Source: Lama guanicoe (Eukaryota). Taken from it: a stretch of DNA of 64,000 nt. The translations under genes were made by a program, and so were the position numbers. Below the pieces are notes generated by a model. It was not told the DNA's origin, did no database searches, and was given only the letters and a program-made list of their open reading frames with translations. Location: NCBI GenBank assembly GCA_013239625.1, contig MU054400.1, positions 355,146 through 419,145 on the forward strand, written 5' to 3'. This document shows positions 23,201-35,870 of this stretch, one piece after another. How positions within the stretch are numbered: the first letter of the stretch is position 1; every line of letters begins with the position of its first letter.

Positions 23201-26197
23201 GGCACCCAAACCCAGCCAAGGCTGCAGAGCCACACCCCCAGTTGTCCAGGCCCAGACCCTGAACGCTCAGTTGCAGCCATCTCTAGAGTTTCTATGTAGA
23301 AACTCAGCCAGGACCCTTGAGGAGGGGGACAACAAGTTTGGCCATGGAACAGTAAGCCCCTTTTAGAAATTCAGTAGTACTTACTGAGTGCCTGTGCTAC
23401 ATAGGAACTATGCTAGATACTCAGGGTACAGCAGGGAACAAGGCCCACCTGGGCTCTGTCCTCACAGAGCTTAGAGTCACCTTCTGACCTGCTGAACATT
23501 TTTTTCTTTGACCTGCTGAACTTCTGATTCTGCTTCCGTACCCACTGCTGACAGCATAGTGGTTTTGGCTTCCAGAGCATCTTTCCAATTCTAATACAGG
23601 CAGTAAGACAGGCTTCACACTTGTGGACCAACACCACCTGGAAGAGCAATAGAGCAAGGAATCAGTACAGCCCCGGTTCTTTGCACCCCTTCTACCTGAT
23701 TTCCATCCTAGCTCATGCGTTGTTGCCCTGGGATATCTGCTCTGTGGGCACCTCCAGCATACATCCATCAGTCACGTCACGTAGTAGTTCTACTGCAAAG
23801 GAAGAAACTATGATAGACGACAAACACCCTATGGCTTTTCAGTGTAGTGCACGTTGAATGTGACCTTTCCACTGGGATAAGCTGAAGTAATTGAGCTCAT
23901 TGGAGCATACATGACAGCAAGGAAAACGGAGCTTATGAAACCACGTTTATTTTCTATGAATCTTATCACAGCATCCCTCATTCAGATTAAAATACTCAAA
24001 ACCAAGGCTCATAGTCACCTGCAGGGCATACGACTGATTAGAAAGAGACACTCCTAAATCATGATGTTGATTTTTGAAGGGTAATACAAGGAGACAGACT
24101 GCTCTCTTATTAACAGATCCCAAAATAAGATTTCTCTCATCTATGACCACAGGTACTGGTTTCCCTGAATTATGCAAAGCTTCTAACGTCTAACCTAAAT
24201 CCCTCCAAAATACCAACTAATCCTTACTCTCTAATGCTATCTTCAGTGATGTTAAATTTTGAAGATCAAATATACATCATTTAGGTAATACACCTGAATA
24301 ACCAAGAGTTTGATTTAGCATTTTTAAATTCTAAAAGTATTTTTAAGTTGGCTACTTCATGGTCTTCTCTACATTTACTGCAATTAAGTGTATTTCACTT
24401 TGTGGGGTGAATGCAACCCAGAAGGTTCACTTCTAAAGTAAATCTTTCCCCTCTGACATTCATATCAAACCAGTCCCAAGACAAAAGAAAATTGCCCTTA
24501 ATGATGCAGAAATCTTTTTTAAATCACGTATTTAAAGGATAATTTTTAACAAAATAATAATAATACACATATGGAGACTAAAGTTTCTTTTGTTTGGCAG
24601 AATCACTTCTAGAGTTAAAGGGAAAACAGCAATTATAGCTTAAGAACAGAACATCCTAGACTGAAAATTCATTCAGCTTTTATCAAATCTCCTTGTCATT
24701 TACAAGAGAATAACAGGAAACTCTCCTTGGGTGCTCAGACCTTGTTTCCTAGCAATTGGCAGAGGCTGCAGGCTCTTAGGAATAAGCAATTGAGCTAAGG
24801 CTGAGGAGAGTGGAGATTGAGGTTCCAAATGCCACGGAGAGTAGATCAATAGGCAATTATGAAAAAGTGGGTCTCCCTCTATGTGTTCATAGTGTTACCT
24901 GTTACCTAATTTAGAGTTAGGCTTTAGATATCATATAATAATTCCTTTAACCAACCATAACCCATATATATGTACATAAATGTTAAGAAGGAGGGACATA
25001 ACAGGTAAGAAAAACTAACTGTTTAGTAAAAGGAGGCCAAAATGTAGTGTTGTGAATGAGGTTGCAGAGTGGCCAGGAGTTCAGGACCTGACCCAAAGAC
25101 ACCAGTTACAGTGCGTGTGTGTGCTCACACATGCACGTGCACACGCAAATAACAATGTCGTGACAGCATCACGACTTTCCTAGGGTTGGTATAGACTAAA
25201 TCAGAAGAAAAGATGAGAAATAAAAACAGAGTACAGATCTGGATATACAGCATATTTGCAATTCTGTAAAAGCAAAGGAAATTCACCAAACTTTGCCTGT
25301 GCTTCTTTCCAGAGTTGTGAACGGTTGTGGATGGTTTGTCTTCACACTGTTGGGTATTTTCCTAATTTCTATAGCAAGTACACGTCTTTGATTTCCATGT
25401 ATAATGAGAAAACATTTTGTTTAAAGAAAGAAAAGTTCTGAGATCAAAGAACAGGAGACAAAGGGCAATTCCCCTGAGAAGAGTACTGAAGGGAAGACTC
25501 CGTCAAGAAGCTGGGCATGAAGGTAGTGAAGAAAACATCAAAATCCTCCTGAGAGGCTGCACCTAAAGTGAGGTCAGGGTTGCGCTTAAAGGCGGCTCTG
25601 GGGATGACACAAAGCAGGGGCTGTAAAAGCGACAGACTGGTTAGGGAGGCTCTGTAGCTGTGATTTAGTTCACCTGTGTGTACTGGTGCCCCCAAATTAC
25701 CTCACACTGTAATAAAATAGACTTTGTACCTAAATTAGCAACTGAATGTTGTGCAAACTTGAGACCCACCCCAGAAGAGGGCATCAGAGGAGTGGAAAAG
25801 AAAGCCAGCCAGCCATCCCAAAAGAGCTAGCTAGAGGAGACATTCCCTGATGCCAGGGGAAAAGGCCATGAAAACCCATCTAAGGAGCTGACTGGCAGGC
25901 ACCCAGAGCTAGTTACGGAAAAACGTGGCCCAGAGCAGCAGCTTTCAACCCACATTCACAAAGCAGGAGCAGTGGCACCCCAACAGCAGACCCGGGTGAG
26001 GAGTGGAGAAGACCCGGCAGAGCGCCCAGCGTGAAAGCTGCCGTCCACTCCTTTTCCCAGTCACTGCAGCACAACCCAGGATTTGACACCCTGAGAGTGA
26101 GTCTCTAAGGGATGTACATGAAGTACTTAATAAGATGGCACTAGGTTACGTAAGCTGGTTCCCAGTCTTCCTCCTCCCATGCTTAGGAGAATTCCAT

Positions 26198-27229
26198 CTT
26201 TTTTTTTTAAATTTAGGTATAGTCAATTTACAATGTGTCCATTTCTGGTGTACAGCACAATGCTTCAGTCATACACGAATATACATATATTCATTTTCAT
26301 ATTCTTTTTCACCATAAGCTACTACAAGATATTGAATATATTCCCCTGTGCTATACAATATAAACTTACTTATCTATGTTATATATGCCAGTCAGTATCT
26401 GCAAATCTCAAACTCCCAATTTATCCCTTCCCACTTTCATTCCCACTGGCAACCACAAGTCTGTATTCTATGTCTGTGAGTCTGTTCTTGTTTTATATAT
26501 AAGTTCACTTGTCTTTTTGTTTTTTTTTTTTTAGATTCCACATATGAGTGATATCACGTGGGATTTTTCTTTCTCTTTCTGGCTTACTTCACTTAGAATG
26601 ACATTCTCCAGGGCCATTTATGTTGCTACAAATGGCATTGTTTTATCATTTTTTGTGGCTGAGTAGCATTCCACTGTATAAATAAACCACAACTTCTTTA
26701 TACAGTCATCTGTCGATGGACACTTAGGTTGTTTCCATGTCTTGGCTATTGAAAAGAGTGCTGCTATGAACATTGGGGTGCAAGTGTCTTTTTGAATTAA
26801 GGTTCCCTCTGGATATATGCCCAGGAGAGGGACTGCTGGGTCATATGGTAAGTCTATTTTTAGTCTTTTGAGGAACCTCCATAATGTTTTCCACAATAGC
26901 TGCACCAAACTGCATTCCCACCAAAAGTGTAGGAGGGTTCCCTTTTCTCTACACCCTCTCAGATGAGACTGACAAGGGCTTGATTTCCAGAATACATAAA
27001 CAGCTCATATAAATTAATAAGAAAAAAACAAACAACCCAATCCAAAATGGGCAGGAGACCTAAACAAGCAATTCTCCAGTGAAGACATACAAATGGCCAA
27101 TAGGCACATGAAAAAATGCACAGCATTGCTAGTTGTCAGAGAAATGCAGATCAAAACTAAAATGAGGTATCACCTCACACCAGCCAGAATGGCCATCATT
27201 CAAAAGTCCACAAATGACAAATGCTGGAA
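26198..27229 (-). mobile_element. L1 3' end with 5' inversion (twin priming)
   Basis: 26198-26960 minus-strand ORF2 C-terminus and UTR (ORF 26618..26908); 26961-27229 plus-strand upstream ORF2 (ORF 27093..); TSD AGAATTCCAT (26188-26197 / 27230-27239). Confidence 0.92.
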
Positions 27230-28089
27230 AGAATTCCATGTCGACCTTCCTCACTCTGCCTCCCAGCCAGGGATGGTCCTGCTTTGCTAAATAAGCTCTT
27301 TTGGATCTTGTAATTCAGAGGAAAGGAGCTGGTGAAGATGACAAGAGGCATGGGGGCAAGAGCTGGTTGGGAATGAGGTGTTTGTTAGAGGGAGGCTGAG
27401 GTGAGGGAGATGGGGGAGCTGCTTCAGTGTAAGGGAAATGGATGGAAGAGAAAAGGAGATGTTAAAGATATATGACCTTAGGGCTCAGGGGTGCAGCTTA
27501 TCAGAGTCCAATAAAACCACAGCAAACATTTACTTCCTAATGTTCCTGTGTGTATTGGCTAAAATAAGGGTCTTTAGCCCTTACTGTTCCCCCTTGAGGG
27601 TTTTTTTTTAACAGAATTCTCCCTGAAGCTCCTAACTCGGAGAGCTGCTCAAATTTCTCTAACAGTACAGCAGGTATAAAAGCACATCATGTTGGAAGTG
27701 ACAGGAAGAAAAATGATAATATCTTCCCTAAGCTTGAGCTGTACAGAAATGTCTATTTCAGGTATGTTTTAAAGGATGAATAACCAAATCTGAAACATTT
27801 TTTTGTATCTAGAGCACAGTGCTTGACAATTTCATACCCTGGTGCTCTCTAATGAAAGCACAGCTCCCTTTAACATAATCCATTGTATTTAGCATGATAA
27901 GTAGGAATAACGAGCCATTCTGTGTACACCAAGATGGTGTTACTAATCTTATATGCACAGTCATAGGCATATATATAATGTGCACACTGGGACCTAAGCA
28001 AACTCATAGTAAACAGTCAAGAGCTAAATGGTGACAAATGACTTCCCTAATGTGGTACAGGAATATTCACTTCCATGACACCATCTAGG

Positions 28090-28400
28090 ACAAAGATAGC
28101 AAGAATGTGGGAGGAGAAAGGGCAAGGTAATAGCTCAGTGGTAGAGTGCCTGCTTAGCATGCACAAGTACTAGGTTCAATCCCCAGTGCCTTCATTTAAA
28201 AAAATTAATTAAAAAGGAAAGAAGAATGTGGTGTGTTATGCTACCACTCCACCTCCCATGACCAGACATCATTTATCAATGGATAAAATATTTCCTGCTG
28301 AGCCAAGTGTGGTCCTAGAAACCTCAGTGCAGTTCTCCAGGCAGTCACTCCCAATGGATCAGAGCTAGCATGTAAGATGAAACCTATTAGCCATTCCTAG
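28090..28400 (-). mobile_element. MER103-like hAT-Charlie MITE split by a SINE
   Basis: CTCCAGGCAGTCACTCCCAATGGATCAGAGCTAGCATGTAAGATGAAACCTATTAGCCATTCCT matches the recalled MER103 terminus. Confidence 0.65.
28111..28221 (+). mobile_element. tRNA-derived SINE (vic-1-like)
   Basis: A/B boxes, A-tail, exact TSD AAGAATGTGG (28101-28110 / 28222-28231). Confidence 0.92.
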
Positions 28401-29319
28401 TCTGTGGGAGCATGAGTCCAAAATGTCAATGTGGGGATAAGTGTGCAAAGACCACATCCCAGGGGCACCCAAGGGTATTGGATTTGATGGTGCAGAAATG
28501 AACTAGCAACAGAGCTGGCCTTCTGCAAAGGGTGAAGACAGGGCACTTACTGGGGCATATGGCCTGTAATCATCCCTTACAACCCCCAAACCTCTCCTCC
28601 TCTTGGTTTCAGGCACAGAGGGCTGCTATTCAATTGAAGTTATTTTCAAGAAAAAAATTACCTTTTGAGCTACTGTCTTCTATAAACACCGTGGCTCAAA
28701 TCAATTTTTAATTTTTCACAGCAACAAATCAGATACCTGGAAAGACCCAGAAGGATTAGGGTTCAAACTGGGTAGCTCTAAAGAGGTAAATGACCAGAGA
28801 TTAGTCAAAGACGGTGAAAAGGGCTGGACACAGAATGCCACCTCCCACCCACAGCTCTTGGGAGGGTCAGCCCCAAACCAGTAAACTGTGCATCAGATCC
28901 TCAAATAAGGAACAGAATCCAACAGTAAATAGCTGGGAGAAAACATCTGATTAGGGCTTTATCTTTAATAAATGAAACTAATTTAAGAAAATATATTTGT
29001 TTTATCTTAGTTTTTTAATTAGGTTCTAATCAGCACAATTATGTACTGTCTTTGAACAACTCAAATAGTTGTTAGGGGACATAACTTTTCCAACAAAAAG
29101 AGTATAATAGCATTATATAATATTATTTACTTCATGGTCAGTTTCTGTAGTGAGATCATAATGAGGGTCATTTCTGCAAAAAAATACTTAAGAACATATT
29201 AACTTATCAATATCAATATCCTTTTCTATTCAAATCATTCGCTTGGACGTCCTATCATGTCATAACCCCTATTGGTTTGCTGTCCAATTGTTAACTTACC
29301 TGACTTTCTCAAGCCTCAT

Positions 29320-29500
29320 TTGTGTGTGATTTGAGCAATATTCCAACATCATTTTCTTCAATTTTGTGAAATCCTAAAATGTTTCCAGGATTGGCAATTT
29401 TACACCACAAACTATTTACATTGAGTTTGCATATATACTGTCAAAGGTTACAATATTCATCAGTGAAACTGGGAAAATATGTTGCTAAGTGGAGAGGTAG
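29320..29500 (-). mobile_element. Possible ancient Tigger-like transposase C-terminal remnant
   Basis: Minus strand reads GFHKIEENDVGILLKSH, resembling the Tigger GF..VDE.DV.ELL.SH motif. Confidence 0.35.
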
Positions 29501-29619
29501 GTGCTGGCATTAAGTAGGATAGATACTCGAGAGGAGGCAAATTTTACAAGTAGAATATTTTCATATGATGATAAATGTTGCTTTCCCATGAAATCATGTG
29601 ACTTGTGACTGGGATCATG

Positions 29620-29755
29620 AACACTCAGATATGCAGGCTGACTGTATTATACCACCCTCCTCCCTGGGCCACAGCCGATCGGATCAGAGACCGACATCTG
29701 ACCCAAGTGAAGCAATTATCTTCTCTTTCTTGGAATTCTGGGATTGAGACACAGC
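29620..29755 (+). mobile_element. LTR16-like ERVL LTR fragment
   Basis: GGCCACAGCCGATCGGATCAGAGACCGACATCTGACCCAAG...GGAATTCTGGGATTGAGAC resembles LTR16. Confidence 0.55.
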
Positions 29756-29835
29756 TATATGTATAGAACAGTGATCTCTGAACTTTTTTGATGGTACATC
29801 CTTGTTAGTAAAAAGGTTCAACTACACTTTAAATA

Positions 29836-32044
29836 CAGGCATACCCTGGACATATTGTGGGTTCAGTTCCAGATCAGCACAATGACATGAATATCACAAT
29901 AAAGCAAGTCACATAAATTTTTGGTTTCCCAGTGCATATAAAAGTTATGTTCATATTATACTGCAGTCCATTAAGTGTGTAATCGCATTATGTCTAAAAA
30001 ATGCACATCTTAATATAAAAATATTTTATTGCTAAAAAATGCTAATCATCGCCTGAGCCTTCACTTAATCTTTCTCCTGGTAGAAGGTCTTGCCTCTCTG
30101 TTGACGGCTGCTGACTGATCAGGGTGACAGTTACTGAAGTTTGGGATGGCTTTGGCAATTTCCTACAATAAGACAACAATAAAGTTTGCTGCATCACTTG
30201 ACTCTTCCTTTCATGAACGATTTCTCTATAGCATGCAATGATGTTTGATAGCATTTTACCCACAGTAGAACTTTCAAAATTGAAGTCAATCCTCTCAAAG
30301 TCTGCTTCTGCTTTATCAACTACTTTTATGTAATATTCTAAATCCTTTGTTGTCATTTCAACAATCTTCACAGCAACTTCACCAGGAGATTCTATCTCGA
30401 AAAAGCACTTTCTTTGCTCATCCATAAGAAGCAATCCTCATCCTTTAAAGCTTTATCAAGAGATTGCAGCAATTCAGTCATATCTTCAGGCTCCACCACT
30501 AAGTATGGTTCTCATGCTATTTCTACCACATATGCTTCCTCCACTGCAATCTTGGACCCCTCAAAGTCATCCATGAGAGCTGGAAACTTCTTCCAAGCTC
30601 CCATTAATGTTAATATTTTGACCCCTTCCCATGAATCGCAAATGTTCTCCATGGCATCTAGGATGGTGTATCCTTCCCAGGAAGTTTTCAATTTACTTTG
30701 TTCAGATCCATCAATGAAATGTATTCCTTAAATAATAAGACCTGAAAGTCGAAATTATCCCTTGATCCATGGACTACAGGATGGTTGTGTTAGCAGGCAT
30801 GAAAACATGAATCTCATTGTCCATCTCCATCAGAGCTCTTGGGTAACCAGGTGCATTGACAATAAGCAGTAATATTTTGAAAGGAATCTTTTTTTCTGAG
30901 TAGTAGGTCTCAACACTGGGCTTAAAATATTCAGAAAACCATGTTGTCAACAGATGTGCTGTCATCCAGGCTTTTTTGTTTCCTTTATAGAGCACAGGCA
31001 GAGTAGATTTAGCAGGAGTCTTAAGGACGCTAGGATTTGGGGAATGGTAAATGAACACTGGCTTCAACTTAAAGTCACCAGCTGCATTAGACCCTAAGAG
31101 GAGAGTCAGCTTGTCTTTTGCAGCTTTGAAGCCAGGCATTGACTTCTTTCTAGCTATCAAAACCCCAGATAGCATCTCCTTCCACTAGAAGGCTGTGGCT
31201 GGTTTGATCTTCTAACCAGATCACTGAAACTTTCTTCATATCAGCAATATAGCCATTTCACTTTCTTATCAGTCACGTGTTCACTGGAGTAGCACTTTTA
31301 ATTTCCTTCAGGAACATTTCCTTTGCATCCACAATGTCGCTAACTGGTGCAACAGGCCTAGCTTTCAATCCATCTTGGTTTTTGACAAGCTTCTTCACTA
31401 AACTTAATTTCTAACTTTTGATTTAAACTGAGAGACTTGTGGGGAAGGATATAGCTCAGTGGTATAGTACATGCTTAAGCATGCATGCGGTCCTGGGTTT
31501 AATCCCCAGTACCTCCATTAAAATAAACAAACCTGATTAACCACCCCACCCCCCAAAAAATAAAGTGAGAGACTTGATTTAAAGTGTGACTTCCATTCAC
31601 GTGAATTCTTAGAGGCCGCTGTAGGGTTTTAATTGGCTTAATTTCAATAATGTTGTGTCTCAGGGAATAGGCAGACCCAAGGTACAGGAGACAGATGGGG
31701 GAATGGCAGGTTGTTGGGGCAGTCAGAACACACATGTTTATCCATTAAGTTCATCATCTTACAAGGGCATGGTTTGGGGCACTCCAAAACAATTACAAAG
31801 TACCATCAAAGATCACCGGTCACAGATCACCATAACAAATAATGAATTAATAAAAATGAAAGAGTTTGAAATCATGCAAGAATTACCAAAATGTGGCCCA
31901 GAGATACAAAGTGGGCAAATGCTACAAGAAAAATGGCACCGATAGACTTGCCTGATGCAGGATTGCCACAAACATTCAATTTGAAAAAAACACAGTATCT
32001 ACAAAGCACAATAAAGCAAAGCACAATAAAACAACGTATGGCTA
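29836..32044 (-). mobile_element. Tigger1 (TcMar-Tigger) DNA transposon, near full length, decayed
   Basis: TIR CAGGCATACC at left and its degenerate inverse at right, TA on both flanks; ORFs 30774..31175 ([35 protein letters not shown] where LLIDNAPGHP is expected) and 30042..30434. Confidence 0.95.
31440..31561 (+). mobile_element. tRNA-derived SINE nested in Tigger1
   Basis: A/B boxes; TSD AAA(C/G)TGAGAGACTTG (31425-31439 / 31562-31576). Confidence 0.92.
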
Positions 32045-32520
32045 TAGATTTTTTTATTTATAAATTGTATTCATAATCATATTTATTTGCAAATTACATA
32101 AATATAAAATTTCCAAATATTGTAAATGTATTTTAATATTTTAATGCTATGACTAATACAATAATCTTATTCTCTATAACAAAATTATTAATACAATATT
32201 TAAATTTTTATTATTTATTATTCATTGTTTTAATAGATTTCATTCATCTCTATGACAAAAAAATCATATCAGATCTTATGTTCATATATAATAACTGGTT
32301 TTAATTGCTGCATAGTTGAAAATCTAACTCATAATGAAAATATGCCCAAGTGGGGAAAAAAAGCTACATCCCTGGCAAGATTTTGAACATTATGATTTTT
32401 TAATACCAACCACCATTTATGGAAAGACTTTTGTTGAAATTAGGCTCATTAATTCCTATGTTCTCTGATCTCAATCAGATCTTACAAAACTAATCAACCC
32501 ACTGACTTTCTCTTCTGGAA

Positions 32521-34308
32521 ATTTTTTTTCAATTAAGGTATAATATACTAGTTCATTGTAGTTGATTTATAACATTATATTAGTTTCAGGTATACAGTAT
32601 ACTGATTCAGTATTTTTACAGATTATACTCCATTACAATTTATTACAAAGCAATGGCTATAATTCCCTGTGCTTATCTATTTTATATATAGTAGTTTGTA
32701 TCTCTTAATCCCATACTCCTATTTTACCCCTCCCAATTTCTTCTCCACTGGTAACCATTAGTTTTCTATATCTGTGAGTCTGTTTTTGTTATGCTATATA
32801 CACTTGCTGGTTTTATTTTTTAGATTCTACATATAAGAAATATCATACAGTATTTGTCTTTCTCTGTCTGACTTATTTCACTAAGCATAATATTCTCTAG
32901 ATTCATCCACTTTGCTGCAAATGGATTTCATTCTTTTTATGACTGAGTAACGTTCCACTATTCACTCACATCTTTATCTGCTTGTCTGTTGATGGACACC
33001 TGGGCTGCTTCCATATCTTGGCTATTGTAAATAGTGCTGCTATGAACACTGGGGTATATGTATCTTTTCAAATTAACATTTTTGTCTTTTCCAGATATAT
33101 TCCCAGGAGTGGAATTGCTGGATCATATGGTAGTTCTGTTATTAGCATTTTGAGGAAACTCCATACCATTTTTCATGGTGGCTGTAACCAATTTACATTC
33201 CCACTAACAGTCTGCTAGGGTTCCCTTTTCTCCACATCCTCACCAATATCTGTTATTTGTAGACTTTTTGATGATAACCATTCTGATAGATGTGAGTTTG
33301 TTTGGATCTGCATTTCTCTATTAGTGATGCTTAGCATCTTTTCATATGCCTGTATGAATTCATCTGTATGTCTTCTTTGGAAAAAAATGTCTACCTAGGT
33401 CTTCTGCTCACTGATTGTGTTGCTTGTTTTTTTGATATTGAGTTGTATGAACTGTTTATATAGTTTGGATACTAACCCCTTGTTGGTCATACCATTTGCA
33501 AATATGTTCTCCCATTCCATAGGCTGACTTTCGTTTTGTCAGTGGTTTCCTTTGTTGTGCAAAAGCTTCTAAGTTTAATTAGGTCCTATTGTTTGTTTTT
33601 GTTTTTCTTTTGCCTTAGGAGACAGATCCAAAAAAACATTGCTACAATTTACGTAAAAGAGTGCTCTGCCTATATTCTCTTCTAGGAGTATGGTTTCAAG
33701 TCTTAAATTTAGGTCTTTAATTCATTTTTAGTTTATTTTTATATATAGTATGAAGGAGTGTCCTAGTTTCATTTACTTGTAGTTGTCCAGTTTCCCCAGA
33801 ACCACTATTGAAGATTAGCTTTTATCCATAGTATATTCTTGCCTCCTTTGTCATAGATTAATTGACCATGTGTGTGTGTGGGTTTATTTCTGGCCTCTCT
33901 ATTCCATTCCATTGATCTATGTGTCAGTTTTTGTGCCAGAACCATGCTGTTTTGATTACTGTAGCTTTGTAGTATAGTATACAGTCCAGGAGGGTAATAT
34001 CTCCAACTTTGTTCTTTTTTCTCAAGATTGCTCTGGCAATTCAGGGTCTTTTATGGTTCCATATAAATTTTAGAATTATTTGTTCTAGTTCTGTGAAAAA
34101 TGCCATGAGTATTCTGACAGGGGTTGCATTAAATCTGTAGATTGCTTTGGGTAGTATGGCCATTATAATAATATTAATTCTTCCAATAAGAGCAGGAGAT
34201 TTCTTTCTATCATCTTCAATTTCCTTCATCAATGTTTCACAGTTTTGAGAGTATAGGTAACCTCCTTGGTTAAGTTTATTTCTAGGTATTTTGTTGTTTT
34301 GGGCGCAA
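32521..34308 (-). mobile_element. Middle-aged 5'-truncated L1 (1.8 kb)
   Basis: ORF 34041..34442 contains [39 protein letters not shown]; probable TSD TGGAAAT(T/G)TTT (32516-32526 / 34309-34319). Confidence 0.93.
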
Positions 34309-35860
34309 TGGAAATGTTTATGCCAGTTACAAAATTCTGGTTTCTGAAGTATAGAAGTATCAAGATTTTTGTGGTTGAGATACATCATTTTCAATAACAA
34401 AATCATATAATGATAGAAACATTTATCAACATCCATTTTCACGATGTTCTCTCCATAGCAAGAGTTCTTTTGATAAGCAGATACTCTCTCTCATTGATAA
34501 AATGTCACCTTTGCCTTGAGGAAGAATAAACTTTTTTAAAAATAGCTACTAGCATCACAGAAAAGGTCAGTGCATTTGGAATACTTGTTGAAAAAGAAAA
34601 ATATATAACATCTATAAGAAGGACCATTCTTTTGCCACAAGATGGCCAGAAACCCACCTGTGATACAAAAGATTTTCATAGTCACTCTCTTTTTTAAAAA
34701 GTTTGGGATGATTCTACTACTCTTATTATTATTATATCTATGATGTTTTCTCAACTTAACCACATCCAATGACCCCCTGTGGCACTCTACACCCTTCTGA
34801 CTTCAATTCTTTCCTACACTAGATTGAACACAAATACCAGTGGATGAATTTCACATGTGGAAATAACAGTCTAGTCTCACCCCAGAATAATTTTTTAGTC
34901 CAATCATAGTAACTGCCCCATTAGTGGTTACACATAGGTGTAAAATATTATTTTATTTAAGAATTCATTTCCCATGTGACCATAGTTGACAACTGCACGT
35001 CCTGTGCCATGTGTTCACAGATGCCTCATAGCTTGGATGTCCAGCTTCACTGGGTCATGTTGCCAGTAGTAGACAGAGTGTGAGTGAATATTTGTCCATC
35101 GTCAGGATTCTAGGGGCCACCTATCCCACCTTTCCTCTCATCTAAGAGAAAAGAAGCTGTTTCATTAACAACAGATACAGGCAGGAAAGCATCCGTTATA
35201 ATGACAAGAAAGTGCAGAGCAAAAAGCAAAAGAGAAAAAAAAAAAAAAAGATCACTGGTGGGATTACCTAAACCCTTTCTCCTGACCAGGGCTACTCTGC
35301 AGCAAATGCAGAGTAATCACCCTGAAGAGCTCTGAAAATGGGTTATTTCAGCTCCCTAGTCAGGATATAATGCAAGTGAATGGAATTCACCTTTTAAAAA
35401 AAATTCCTTTTCTGTGTCTTTTGTTCTCAAGGAATATCACAGTAATGAGCTGGATACCCAAAGTATAGTTATTATTTTTAAATGCTCAAATGGCTCGGCC
35501 TATATATGCCCTCAAAATACTTGAGTCACTGGAAGAAATTAAGAAAACGTGCTGGAGGGTTAGAAGGGATTTCCACAGGAATCATATTCTCACCTCAAAT
35601 CAGAGACTCGAGGCCTGCTGTAACTACAAGCTTTGGCCCTTTTCTTACCATATATGAAATATTTGGGCTGTTTCTCACTACTATAAAGATTTGAGATTTA
35701 ATTTCAAACTACTAAATAAAAGTGACATTCACCAAATTAAAAGTAAGCAAAATCTTCGTGGTATTCTTCATACAAATACCTTTCCATCTTAAAATTAACA
35801 AAGCTCCTCTGATTGCAAACGGAATTTAAACTAAAACCTACTGCTACACCCCTAGTGGGT

Positions 35861-35870
35861 GGGACTTTCC
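35861..35870 (+). promoter_or_regulatory. Canonical NF-kB site GGGACTTTCC
   Basis: Exact match to the classic kB 10-mer; motif only, function unknown. Confidence 0.25.

Larger units (their letters stand above)
29769..34840 (-). mobile_element. Ancient hAT-Charlie DNA transposon, interrupted by Tigger1 and L1
   Basis: TIR-like CAGTGATCTCTGAACTTTTT at 29769; minus-strand remnants ENLLYH..V.WPSCGK (~34640-34680), QGKGDILSM..LLLWREH (~34440-34520) and DLIEIRE..FQQKSFHKWW (~32410-32480); right end approximate. Confidence 0.7.

Noticed and set aside
30042..31175. Domesticated TIGD-like gene
   Set aside because: Fragmented ORFs, an altered catalytic-region motif, a SINE insertion and both TIRs indicate a neutral Tigger1 fossil.
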